Shown here piece by piece: positions 37,701 to 50,275 of a stretch of DNA of 64,000 nucleotides (position 1 is the stretch's first letter; each line of letters begins with the position of its first letter). Location of the stretch: assembly GCA_038087875.1 (NCBI GenBank), contig CM075987.1:24182001-24246000 (forward strand). Direction: 5' to 3'. The translations under genes were made by a program, and so were the position numbers. The notes under the pieces are model-generated. The model saw only the letters and a program-made list of their open reading frames with translations. It ran no database searches and was not told the DNA's origin. This DNA comes from Malacoraja senta. Its lineage: Eukaryota.

Positions 37701-40700
37701 TGCCTTACAGCGACAGAGGACCCGGGTTTGATCCTGTCTGCGCAGGGTTTGTACGTTCCCCACGTGGGTTTTCTCCGGGTGCTCCGGTTTCCTCCCGCAC
37801 TCCAAAGACATGTGGGTTTGTAGGTTAATTGGTTTCTGCAAATTGTCCCTAGTGTGTAGGATAGAACTGGTGTACAGGTGATCGAGGTCAGCGCGGGCTA
37901 GGTGGGCCGAAGGGCCCATTTGCGCTCTATATCTCTAAAACAAAAACAAAAATCAGCTTCAAAGGGCATAATAAGGTAGATGCTTCATCGTGCTTACAAT
38001 GGATAATCTATCGCACCAACCACATCCTTAATAGTGCTGGTTTTGAGAAATGTTATTCCCCATAGTTTGGCGCTCAGAATTATTTGACGTTACTGGACGT
38101 AAAATTAGTGCAGTCGAACAATGGTTTAAAATAAACCTTTAGAAATTCAATGCTACATCACATATTTATGCCATACCTAACAATTGTGAGATTCTGATGG
38201 CCACAATTGAAAGCAATTGCCACAATTTTTGATCAGTGCCAAAACATCACTGTTATTGAGACGGTTATAATATATATATATAGATGCACTCGCCTATTAC
38301 AGAGTAGTGCTATAAATTTTGGAGCCTTCTCTGCTGCTTAAAAACAATTGTCAGAAATTTCCAAACTCCGGAGTCATGGAAAATGTAGTGGGCAAAGCCA
38401 AATTCTCAAAATCCTGCGACTTGGCCTGCTTTCAGTTTAATTTAGTTTTGTTTAGAGAAACAGCAAGGAAACAGGCCCTTCAGACCACCGAGTCCGCTCC
38501 GACCAGTGATCCCCGCACACTAAACACTATCCGACACACACTGTCAGAGACAATTTACAATTTTACCTCAGCCAATTAACCTCCAAACCTGTACGTCTTT
38601 GGAGCGTTGGAGGAAACCGGAGCACCCGGAGAAAACGCACGCAGGTCACGGGGAGAACGTACAAACGGCCATGCAGGCAGCACCCGTGGTCAGGTTTGAA
38701 CCCGGGTCTCTGGCGCTGTAAGGCAGCTACTCTACCTCTGAGCCACCGTGCCGTCTGACTCAATTTCTTTGGACAAAATTGTATGGAAACTAAAAACTAC
38801 ACAACCAAGTGGGAATTCTATTTCTTCGTGTGCCTTTGTGACGATGTGGTGACTGTACATTGGCCCATTTCATAAAATATATTGAACTAATACGCCTTAA
38901 AATAATTTTAGATTTCTGGAAAAGAAACCTCAAATGGGTTACCCTTTTACAACCATATATTGCTGTTATTGGAACAAATGGCTAACATATTTTACCCCTA
39001 CTCTCAGATTATTCCCAGCACCCAATGAAAAGAAACACAATGTGTCCCTTATAAAGTAACTCCATCTTAATACTAGCCCATGGCATCATAGAGCCTTAAC
39101 AATAGACATCTGTTTAAATACAAATAATCTTGTTAAGTTGTATTCACCACAGACACGTTGTAATATTTTTTACACAACATTATTTTATTTCGTTGATAGC
39201 CAAGGAGCTGTTTACATCTGAAACCACAGAAAGGCTTTACTACAGATTGATAATTAAGTCAAAGGGATTTTTGCCTTCTCTTTAATTAGCTGTCTGTGCC
39301 TCCATTTGGCAATCGAGTGGATCTGGACACTTTATAGTGAATGGTCAAAAATACTTTAGAGAATAAAACACATCCTTTCAAAACAGACATTGTATCCCAT
39401 AAGCGTGTATGTGGATCCAAAATGCCCGAGACTTTACTTTAAAAGGTTTCTTTCAATACTCATCTCAATATATTGTCATCAGCATGCCTCTGTTAGAATT
39501 GGTACGTGGAATCAATCTAATTTTGAGCACGTAATCTTTTATATCAACTGCGTATTTAACGTTGTCATCTCACGATTGTTGGCGTCACAACTGATTGAAT
39601 GAAAGCATTGACCCGGCTCGGTGATTCTCCTTTAGAAAACGCAAAGAAAAGCCAGTGCTCAATCCAAGTAAAAAAACATTCTCGTTTCAATCACTTGTGT
39701 CAAATGGATAAGCTCGGAGTTTGGATCCATGCTTGGCACATTACATTAATGTGAGCACATCCTACTGTTCTTTGCGTACAGTGACTAGGAGCTGGTCCTG
39801 ACTTGTTTCAACAGCGTTGCATTCAGATCAAGTCCCATTAGTTTGGGCTGCCCCCCACCCCCTCCCACCCTGCTTCATTATAGAGTTCTTTCAATTGAAG
39901 AAACACAAAGAAGCAGAGAGGACACGTCAATTATAAAATCTGCCCTCTCCAACAATTACAGTACAATAAGGAATTTGTTGATTTGATTATCTTTGAAGTC
40001 AAAGCATTGTGTGACACTTGGCACAAGCATTCCTAATGTTCATCTTTTATGCGCATGTTAAGGTGCAGCTGATTTACTTGAATAAAATCTGCTCTGATGT
40101 GTACATGCGTGAGGTACCAGAAAAAAAAAACTCTTAACAGCTGCATTTTAACCTATGATTCATTTCTGAACTATTCATGTGGCCCTCTCCCCAGTATCTA
40201 TCTTTATAAAATATTGCACTAAAACCATACCTAGTCTCTTGATGCCTGACTACAAAGCATCAGGAAAACACATATCCCAGCTAGTCTTCAAATAGCTCTC
40301 AGGAAAGGTGATGGCTTCCTTGCTGTATCAGTTCAGCAAAAAAAAAATACTTTTTCCGAGGCAATGGAAGCCCTCAATCAATTCCAGATGACCTTGCATT
40401 TCTCAACTGTAAGTTCCGTGGACAGCTCTGTCAACATCAGTCATCTGACACCTTTCTCTTTAAGGTGACATTGGAATCATCTAGACATGGTCGGGGGAAA
40501 AACAAGGGACCAGATCTGCAGAGCACTGCATTAGTGCCGCATACAATGTTAACTCATTCAGTGCTTGTCTGATTGCCCCGCAAGGTAGCGACTCGTTGCT
40601 AGATCTCTGTGACCGAATTAAAGTGCCTTGTGTTGCAAGAATCATAACGCAAAATTAAATTATTTCAGAAATATTTAACCTTGTAATATTTACAAGGAAA

Positions 40701-40887
40701 GGTTGGACAGCCTAGATTGTTATTGCTTGCAGCACAGGAGGCTGAGGGGGTGGTCTTGGAGAGGTGTACACAATTATGAAGGGAACAGATAGTGTGAATA
40801 CACAAGAGTCTTTTTCACAGGGTATGGGAATCTAGAGGTAGAGAGCGTGGGTTTGAGGTGAGAGTGGACCGATTTAATAGGAACCTG

Positions 40888-41261
40888 GGTGGCACGGTGG
40901 CGCAGCGGTAGAGTTGCTGCCTCACAGGGCCAGAGACCCAGGTTCGATCCTGACAATGGGTGCTGTCTTTACAGAGTTTGCATGTTTTCCCTGTGACCGC
41001 GTGGGGTTTTCTCCAGGCGCTCCGGATTGCTCCCACGTTCCAAAGATGTGCAGGTTTGAAGGTTAATTGACCTCCGTTAAATTGCACCTCATGTGAAGGA
41101 TGGAATAAGACGGAACAGGTTTGTAGGTTAATTGGCTTCGGTAAAAAATCTAAATTGTCTCTAGTGTGTAGGATAGTGCTAGTGTACAGGGATCGCTGGT
41201 CGGCGCGGAGTTGGTAGGACAAAGGGCCTGTTTCCACGCTATATCTCTAAACTAAACTAAA
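40888..41261 (+). mobile_element. HE1/V-SINE-like SINE nested in a CR1 fragment (about 40700-41483)
   Basis: CR1 sequence GATTTAATAGGAACCTG is interrupted by the SINE and resumes at ACTTTTCAACACAG. Confidence 0.85.
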
Positions 41262-41486
41262 CTTTTCAACACAGGTTGGTACATGGGACGAGCTGCTAGT
41301 GGATGTAGTCGAGGCAGGTACAATAACAACATATAAACGACATTTGGGCAGGAACAGGAATCAGAAAGGTTCGAGAGATAGAGGCCAAAGATGGGTACAT
41401 GGGGCTAGCTTAAATGGGTATATTGGCCAGGATGGACAAGCTGGCTGAAGGTCCTGTTTCCATGCTGTATGACTCTATGACTCTCA

Positions 41487-42080
41487 AATCCCTGTTCCAC
41501 GGTACGAGTTCATTCCAAGAGCTCTCCCGAGTTTTAAAAAAATCAAACTCGTGGTAAGCACGGAGAATGAACGTAGCGGGTACGTCGGAGCTCGGGGACG
41601 TCTCTTAGCGGCTCGTATCGCTAACGGCAGGTACTCGGGAAGACTCACTAACGGCAGGTAAGCACGGGAAGACTCGTGAAGATTTTTCAACATGTTGAAA
41701 AATGTCCACGAGAGCCCCGAGTACCGACGAGTGGCCATTACCGTAAATCTCCGAGTTTGAAAGGGCAAACTCGGGAGAGCTCTTGGAATGAACCCGTACC
41801 GTATAAAGTATCCGTATAAAATAAAGTATCTTTCAGTGAGAAACTATTCGGGGAACTCAATCGGAACCCTATTCCGTTTCTCCAGAGATCCTGCTTGAAC
41901 CGCTGAGTTACACCAGCGTTTAAGAAGGAACTGCAGATGCTGGAAAATCGAAGGTAGACAAAAGTGCTGGAGAAACTCAGCGGGTGAGGCAGCATCTATG
42001 GAGCGAAGGAAATAGGCAATGTTTCGGGCCGAAACTTCGGGAGAGCTCTTGGAATGAACCCATACCGTGAGACAGGGCTT
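41487..42080. mobile_element. PIF/Harbinger-like MITE with rearranged right end
   Basis: Left TIR AATCCCTGTTCCACGGTACGAGTTCATTCCAAGAG; right TIR truncated at about 41802 and complete at 42037-42080, then TAA; interior similar to 23505-23821. Confidence 0.75.
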
Positions 42081-42976
42081 TAAGTGACCATCCATCCTTC
42101 TTGTCTTTGCTTTAGAATTCCAGCACAAATAGTTCCTCTGGGCTTGTTTTTAGAAGAAAGGAGTGGCCTTTGTTAGAAGCAGAAGCCGAAATGTTTACCA
42201 CCACATTATCCCTAATTTCTTACATTTAAAACAACGTTATAATATATGGAAAAAGTTGCTGGTGAAATTGTCCGTCTTATGAATTCAACAATAACAAAAA
42301 TAAAGAAATGTTGGAAGAAGTGAAGATGGAAATGAAAATAGGACGAACAAACATCTCTAGTTGCTTGAATTAAGCTTCACATCTATCGTGAAGCCAACAC
42401 AAACTTCCCCGACAATCTAGATCATCAATATGTAAGAAGCAGGTATGAGAGGAATTGTTTGGAAGGAACTGCTGATACTAGTTTAAACTGAAGATGGACA
42501 CAAGGTGCAGGAGTAACTCAGAAGGTAGACAACTTTTTCCATATATTATAACGTTGTTTTAAATGTAAGAAATTAGGGATAATGTGGTGGTAAATGTTTT
42601 GGCTTCTGCTTCTAACATAGGTCACTCCTTTCTTCTAAAAACAAGCCCAGGGGAACTATTTGTGCTGGAATTCTAAAGCAAAGACAAGAAGGATGGTCAC
42701 TTAAAGCCCTGTCTCACGGTACGGGTTCATTCCAAGAGCTCTTCCGAAGTTTCGGCCCGAAACATTGCCTATTTCCTTCGCTCCATAGATGCTGCCTCAC
42801 CCGCTGAGTTTCTCCAGCACTTTTGTCTACCTTCGATTTTCCAGCATCTGCAGTTCCTTCTTAAATGCTGGTGTAACTCAGCGGTTCAAGCAGGATCTCT
42901 GGAGAAAAGGAATAGGTGACGTTTCTGGTCCCGATTGAGTTCCCCGAATAGTTTCTCACTGAAAGATACTTTATTT
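41819..42976. repeat. Long inverted repeat: arms 41819-42258 and 42530-42976, 271-bp spacer
   Basis: The arms are reverse complements, including non-repeat sequence (TTATAATATATGGAAAAAGTTG / CAACTTTTTCCATATATTATAA), with scattered mismatches and two small indels. Confidence 0.95.
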
Positions 42977-43427
42977 CTCTCACTTCATGTTGTTGGCTTG
43001 GAGATACAGCATGGAAACCGACATGCAAAACTGAAGTCCACAGTAGATCACAGTTACTGAGGTAGAGTTGTAGCTAGAGCTCAAATTATCAAATTAACAA
43101 CACCACCGACTAGAGCTGATCACCTGAAGCAAGCTTGATACACATAATATGTAGGAAAGAACTGTAGATTTGATTTAATCTTAATTTCAATTTTTCATGT
43201 ACCTTGTTGTGTGTTGTGACTGTTGGAAGACCAATTTCCCTCCGTGGATGAATAAAGTTCTATTGTATCATACCGTATTGTATCGTATCGTAGATGCTGG
43301 TTTACACCAAAGGTAGATGCAAAGAGCTGGAGTAACTCTGCAGGTTAGGCAGCATCTCTGGAGAAAAGGAAGAGGTGATGCTTCCGGTCTCGAGTCTGAC
43401 CCACTGAGTTACTCCAGCCTTTTGTGT

Positions 43428-43970
43428 CTAAGTAAGTAAGTAAGTTTATTGGCCTAGTATTCACATACAAGGAATTTGCCTTGGTGCTCCACCCACAAGT
43501 AACAACATGACATACAGTGACAGTTACGAATGACTCAGAAAACACTAAACATTAATAATAATAAGACCTTAAAGATAAAACACCATTGATCAAGCATGTG
43601 AACCAGCAAAATACCAGATCAAAGGGAGGCTACAGATTTTTGGCTGTTGAGTAGAGCAACTACTCGTGGATAAAAACAGTTTTTATGTCCGGCTGTGGCA
43701 GCTTTGACAGTCTGGAGTCGCCTTCCAGAGGGAAGTGATTCAAAGAGTTTGTGGCCAGGGTGAGAGGGGACAGCGATGATCTTGCCCGCTCGCTTCAGGG
43801 CCCTTGCAGTGTACAGTTCATCAATGGAGGGAAGGTTGCAGCCAATAATCTTTTCTGCTGATCGGACGATTCGCTGCAGCCTCCAGGTGTCGTGCTTGGT
43901 GGCTGAGCCAAACCAGACCATGATGGAGAAGGTGAGAACAGACTCTACGATGGCCGTGAGGAATTGGACG
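43428..43970 (-). mobile_element. Rex1/Babar-type LINE 3' fragment
   Basis: ORF 43619-44080: IVESVLTFSIMVWFG..LQRIVRSAEKIIG..HPGHKLFESLPSGRR; (CTTA)n tail. Confidence 0.85.
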
Positions 43971-44424
43971 TAAGGATGTTTGAAATATTGGTCTGGCAGG
44001 AATATATGTGGACAATGTAACAAAGATGAAAAAAAGGTGGCAGGAAAAAGTGAAGAGGGCCGAATACAAAGGATTAACAAGCTTTCTGTTCTTGAAGAAG
44101 GAGTGTGTTATCATTTAGATATGCTTAAAGAATATTCCAGAGAGTGTACAACACATGCCTATATTTAAGGATATATATTTGAGGACTCAGGGCAATGTAT
44201 TTTAAAGGCTCATTCATGCTCCGATGTAAAGAGTCTTCAATAGAAGATCATACCAGAAATTAAAGCAATTGAGGAGGAAGGAACCGCAGATACTGGTTTA
44301 AACCGAAGATTTATTGGCTGCTCCAAATGGCATTCATGTAGAATTACAGTACTTTGTTACCAGGTAACTTGGCATCATGTTCACCATGGACATTGTGGCC
44401 CCAAAGACATTGGAGCGCAGGAGG

Positions 44425-44670
44425 AGGAATCTGAGGGGTAACTTTTTCACACAAAGGGTAGTGGGTGTATGGAACGAGCTGCCAGAGGAGGTAGTTGAGG
44501 CAGGGACTATCCCAACGTTTAAGCAACAGTTAGACATGTACATGGATTTGGAGGGATATGGACCAAACGCAGGCAGGTGGGACAAGTGTAGCTGGGACAT
44601 GTTGGCCGGTGTGGGCAAGTTGGACCGAAGGGCCTGTTGCCACGCTGTATCACTCTATGACTATGACTCT
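44425..44670 (+). mobile_element. CR1 LINE 3' fragment with the tail shared by the SINE
   Basis: NLRGNFFTQRVVGVWNELPEEVV; end GGACCGAAGGGCCTGTTGCCACGCTGTATC matches the SINE tail. Confidence 0.85.
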
Positions 44671-45136
44671 AATGGGTGCTTGATGGTCTGCATGGACTGT
44701 GTGGGCCAAAGGGGTTGTTTGGCTCTATGACACAGTAGCTCTAGGCTAGTCTGGATGTGGATGACTGTCCATGGCTGACAGTAATGCATTGACCAGCGGC
44801 ATAGCCTGAGCTTTGGCAGGGAGCAGCAGGCAGATGGAATAAGCCCCAACTCCTGTGATCTGTGACTGCTGGCAACGCGTCTCCAGCTTTGGCAGCTCTC
44901 AATTCAAGGCAATTAGAAATATTTGAAATACTGAAATTTAAAGATTTTTTCCAAATTCTAAGCTTAACTAATCTAATAGAACCTAAAATCACTCGGAGAT
45001 AATTTAAAAAAAAGTGAAATCAACTAAAATAATTAAAGTAAAGCAACCTTCAGCTGCAGCCTAACAATTCCCATTGCAATCATTAAGGCCTCAGACACAG
45101 TGCCAGATCTAATCCAACATAGGATCCAAGAGGATC

Positions 45137-45495
45137 TTGTCTGTACGGAGTTTGTATGTTCTCCCTGTGACCTAGTGGGTTTTCTCCAGGTGCTCTGGTT
45201 TCCTCCCACATTGCAAAGACATACAGGTTTGCAGGTTTTGTGTAGGAAGGAACTGCAGGTGCTGGTTTAATCCAAAGATAGACACAAAGTGCTGGAGTAA
45301 CTCAGCGGGACAGGCAGCAACTCTGGAGAGAAGGAATAGGTGACGTTTCCGGTCGAGACAATTGGGTTCGGTAAAAATAGTAAATTATCCCTAGTTTGTA
45401 GGGAAGTGCTAGTGTATGGGGTGATCACTGGTGTGCGCAGCCTCGGTTGGCCGAAGGGCCTGTTTCTGCGCTGTATTTCTAAAGTCTAAAGTCTA
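45137..45495 (+). mobile_element. 5'-truncated SINE with a Penelope-derived insert (about 45238-45360)
   Basis: SINE core and tail split by the AGGAAGGAACTGCAG..GTGACGTTTC block. Confidence 0.8.
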
Positions 45496-46609
45496 AAGAA
45501 GATTTCCCAGCAGAAATGCGGGAGGATCTGTGCAAGACTAAGCTTCATCCCTGTAGCTGCTTGAATGGACAGCTGGTATTCCCAATTCATAGACAATACT
45601 ACAACTGCATGGAAGTCTCCAACTTCCTCCTATTTGCATTGTACATTACAAGAGTTCTGTATGGAAAATTTGGGTTTGACCTAAGAGCAATATCTTCGAA
45701 GACCCACCTTATCCTCGCTCTCGTTTCACTCCTACCATCAGAAGTAAGCCTGAAGGTTGAAGAATAGTAAGAAGAGGGGCAGACAGGCACAAAAAGCTGG
45801 AGTAACTCAGTCCACCCATGGTCAGTCATGACCGAGGGGGGCCTACAAACTCAGTGGGACAGACAGCATCCCGGGAGAAATTGAATAGTTGACGTTTTGG
45901 GTCGGGAAGGGTCCCGGCCCAAAAGGTCACATATTCCTGTTCTCCACGGATGCCGTCCATCCCGATGAGTTACTCCAGCTTTTTGTGCCCTTTCTTCTGG
46001 ATTAGTTTGTCTGAAGAAAGGTCCCGACCCGAAACATATCCTATCCATGTTCTCCAAGGATGCTGCTTGACCTGCTGAGTTACTCCAGCATTTTCTGTCT
46101 AATTTTGTAAACCGGCACCTTGTTTCGACTTCAAAAATAGCTTCTTCCCAGTGTCTTGAACACTGCCATGATACTAAAGATAACTATGAACTTTTATGGA
46201 CTGTCCTTGGTTGCCCTAGAGCCCATGGTCTCTTTGGCACTGGTGTTGTGGTCATCAAGCTATTTATTTATTGTCCATGTGTATTGTATTTACAGACCTG
46301 TTTATGCTGCTGCAAGTACAATTTTGTTCTGTTGTCGGCACCAATAATAATGAAACATTCTTAACTCTTGACTCTTAAGATCCAGGCCTATGAAGTTGGA
46401 GTAACCTAAGTGGATGTGGGGTCTACGCCATTAGTTTCAATTGATACTTAAGCGTAATTCCAAAGAGATTCCAAGGTTCCAGGTGCATAGATCATTACAA
46501 AGGTCATGAAGAATAAGCAGAAAACCCCAAAGAATTCTAGCGTGTATCTAGCTGCAATTCTAGCTTGTGAATTATCGCTACTGCCACTAAAGCGGCAAGA
46601 AGAGATCAC

Positions 46610-47760
46610 AAGTAATAGGAGCAGAATTAGGCCATTCGACCCATCAAGTCTGCTGCGCCATTCAATCATGGCTGATCTATCTTTCCTTCCTAACCCCATT
46701 CTCCTGCCTTCTCCCCATAACCTCTGACACCTGTGCTAATCAAGAATATCTATCTATCTATCTCTGCCTCAAATATATCCACTGACTTGTCCTCCACAGC
46801 CTTCTGTGGCAAAGAATTCCAGATTCACCACCCTCTGGCTAAATAAATTCCTCCTCCTCTCCTTCCTAAAAGAACGTCCTTTAATTCTGAGGCGATGACC
46901 TCTAGTCCCGGACTCTCCCACTAGTGGATACATCCTCTCCACATCCACTCTATCCAAGCCTTACACTATTCTATATGTTTCAATGAGGCCACCCCTCATT
47001 CTCCTAAACTCCAGCGAGTGCAGGCCCAGTGCCGACAAACGCTCATCATATGTTAACCTACTCATTCCTGGGATCATTCTTGTAAACCTGCTCTGGACCC
47101 TCTCCAGAGCCAGCAGCACATCCTTCCTCAGATATGGCGGCCAAAACTGCTCACAATATTTCAAACGCAGCCTGACCAGCTCCTTATAGAGCCTCAGCAT
47201 TACATCCCTGTTTTTGTATAGAAACATAGAAACATAGAAAATAGGTGCAGGAGTAGGCCATTCGGCCCTTCGAGCCTGCACCGCCATTCAATATGATCAT
47301 GGCTGATCATCCAACTCAGTATCCTGTACCTGCCTTCTCTCCATACCCCCTGATATGGGGTATACAAGCTCTCTCGAAATAAATGCTAGAAATTGAATGT
47401 AAGAACCTGCCTCCATCGCCCTCTGAGGCAGAGAATTCCACAGACTCACCACTCTCTGTGAGAAAAAGTGTTTCCTCGTCTCCGTTCCAAATGGCTTACT
47501 CCTTATTCTTAAACTGTGGCCCCTGGTTCTGGACTCCCCCAACATCAGGAACATGTTTCCTGCCTCTAGTGTGTCCAAGCCCTTAACAATGTTATATGTT
47601 TCAATGAGATTCCCTCTCATCCTTCTAAACTCCAGTGTACAAGCCTAGCTGCTCCATTCTCTCAGCATATGACAGTCCCGCCATCCCGGGAATTAACCTT
47701 GTAAACCTACGCTGCACTCCCTCAATAGCAAGAATGTCCTTCCTCAAATTAGGGGACCGA
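46610..47760 (-). mobile_element. Mosaic of nested CR1 LINE 3' fragments
   Basis: ORFs 46769-46957, 46961-47287 and 47297-47620 are all CR1 RT C-termini; internal tail (CTATGTTT)n near 47220. Confidence 0.9.
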
Positions 47761-48469
47761 AACTGGAGGGATATGGATCATCGGCAAACAGAGGAGAAGA
47801 GTTTAACGGCATCATGTTTGGCACATATATCGTGGGCCGAAGGGCCTGTTCCTGTGCTGTACTGTTCTATATTATGCAACAGCTCTCTTCGGAGAACTGG
47901 TGTTTTGCTTTAGTTCTACCCGGCACAATTTGAAGAAGATATATGTGTTCTGGAGAGAACGCACTGAGGTTTTTCCAGTATAATACCTCATCAAAGAGTC
48001 ATGAGAGAGTCAAGAGTCTTTAATTGTAATACGATCCAGCAATGGAACAATGAAATTCTTACTTGCTGCACCTTAACAGGACCATTAACTTTAACCCTAG
48101 ACTCCAAGGATTAATTTGAGCCGAGAATAAACAAATTAGAGTAATTTGGAAGGTTCGGAGGTTTTGATCTAAGTTACCAAGGTAGAAAAGGGAATTGACT
48201 GATGGTGCTAAACTATTTCCAACGTTAGGTATACCACATGGATTGCTGGTCTTGATGTAATTGATAACATTATATGGACAGTAGCTTGTATTTGGAATAA
48301 AACAGTGAAGGAACTGACTCAGCTGAGCTCCCAGGTAATGGAGCCCTCTTTGCTGTGGTTCCACCTGGAACTGGAATTAATAGTTAATCTAGATAATTAA
48401 TAATCTAATAATGGGCAGAGGAAATATCCTCAAAATCTGATATAGGTTTTTTGACTGATTGATTGATTG

Positions 48470-48748
48470 ATAGATGCAGCCTGGGAACAGATTCTTCAGT
48501 CCACGTCAAACATCGATCTCACTGCTTCCATGATATCCCACTTACTCATCCACTCCCAACGCACTGGAGGCGATTTACAGAGGCCAATTAACCTACAAAC
48601 CCGCACGTCTTTGGGATGTGGGAGGAAACGGGAGCACCCGGAGAAAACCCACACAGTCACAGGGAGAACGTGCAAACTCCGCACAGGCAGCAGCCAAGGT
48701 CAGGATGGAATCTGGGTCTCTGGCGCTGTGAGGCAGGGTGTGCCACCT
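48470..48748 (-). mobile_element. HE1/V-SINE-like SINE (older variant)
   Basis: Reverse complement of the core and head; divergent 3' part. Confidence 0.75.
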
Positions 48749-49384
48749 TGCACGGGCAAAGGTTGGTAGAAGGTTGGAAGTTAACTTGAGGTGAACCATT
48801 GATCTCATACCTGGGATCGATAGATTTTTTTTGGTAATTGGAGATAGTGAGCTTAATGATGCTGGGTCTGCACCTCACTGCGCCACACCCCATGGGGCTC
48901 TTTGCCTGCAATCACCATGGTGACCGGGAAGGGCCTACCCAACAGGCCTCTGCACCCTGCAAGGTGGTCTGGCCTGTGTCAGGCCCTCAAACAGTGCAGC
49001 ACAGAAGCCCACAGCCTCCTCCCCATAAAACGCCCTGCCAACATTGGACTGCTGCTAAACATGGGCACAAGGCGTGACCAACTGTGAAGGTTATAGGTGA
49101 TTACAACAGTTTTTAAATGTCTCTGACAATCCTCCTTACTTGTGCTTCAGTGCCCAAGAATGTCGGTTTATGTGAATGTCAGAGTTCCTTTTACTCATTA
49201 AACAGAGGCGAGGGCAAATAGAAAAAAACACATTAATGGTTTTATATGTGACATAGAATTATGTTGTGTTAAAACGGAAACAGTCCAGGCAATTGAAATC
49301 TATTCAGCTCCCATTCTACTTCTATCAGCCTATCCATTTCTTTTTGTCCCCTTTGATTTGGGAAAAGCGCACTTTGGGAAGTGT

Positions 49385-49665
49385 GAAGACACACATCTTA
49401 AAAATTAAGGAACAGTTTCTTCCCAGCTGTTATCAGGCAACTGAATCATCCTACCACAACTAGAGAGCAGCCCTGAACTACTATCTACCTCATTGGTGAC
49501 CCACAGACTATCTTTGATCGGCTTTAACTTGCACTAAACGTTATTCCCTTATCATGTGTCTGTACACTGTAAATGGCTCGATTGTAATCATGTATTGTCT
49601 TTCCGCTGACAGGTTAGCATGCAACAAAAGCTTTTCACTGTACCTCGGTACACGTGACAATAAAA
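49385..49665 (+). mobile_element. Rex1/Babar-type LINE 3' fragment
   Basis: AACAGTTTCTTCCCAGCTGTTATCAGG (NSFFPAVIR) followed by the shared 3' end CTCGGTACACGTGACAATAAA. Confidence 0.7.
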
Positions 49666-49692
49666 CAAAAAAATGAACTGATTTATCTAGCT

Positions 49693-50275
49693 CAGGGGTG
49701 GGGAACCTGCGGCCTTCTAGGCCATTAAGTGCGGCCTTTTGAATGAATCCAAATTTTGTAGTACAAATCCTTTTATTTTTATTTAAGAATGCAGATGCTG
49801 GAAAAACGAAGTTAGACAAAAATGCTGGAGAAACTCAGCGGGTGAGGCAGCATCTATGGAGCGAAGGAAATAGGCAACGTTTCGGGTCGAGACCCTTCTT
49901 CAGACCTGAAGAAGGCTCTCGACCCATAACGTCGCCTATTTCCTTCACTCCATAGATGCTGCCTCACCCGCAGAGTTTCTCCAGCATTTTTGTCTACCTT
50001 TTATTTTTATTAATATGTTTTTGTTCGTCTTTTATTATTTTAATTTTAATTTTAAAATGAACGTATTTAAAATACCAAAAGAGTAAAAGAAGATTCAGCA
50101 AAATATTCCTCCCCGACTGACGGCCACAATTAAAACATCAGTAAGTCATGAGGGCTATTTTAACTAAATAATGTACATTTTGAAGCATATCTAATTGAAG
50201 TTTCTTGGATGCGGCCTTATTCGATTACAGCTAACTTAATGCGGCATTCCAACATGAAAAGGTTCCCCACCCCTG
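49693..50275. mobile_element. hAT-family MITE with 8-bp TSD
   Basis: TIR CAGGGGTGGGGAACCT / AGGTTCCCCACCCCTG; TSD ATCTAGCT at 49685-49692 and 50276-50283. Confidence 0.9.
49784..49996. mobile_element. Fold-back Penelope-derived insert with 15-bp TSD, nested in a hAT MITE
   Basis: Near-palindrome centred at about 49904 with back-to-back hammerhead cores (49876-49903 minus, 49906-49933 plus and degenerate); TSD CCTTTTATTTTTATT at 49769-49783 and 49997-50011. Confidence 0.85.

Larger units (their letters stand above)
29096..40277. repeat. 5.5 kb direct duplication (29096-34579 and 34780-40277) flanking an assembly gap
   Basis: Copy 1 ends and copy 2 begins exactly at the N run; most differences seen are 1-bp homopolymer indels. 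Confidence 0.97.
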
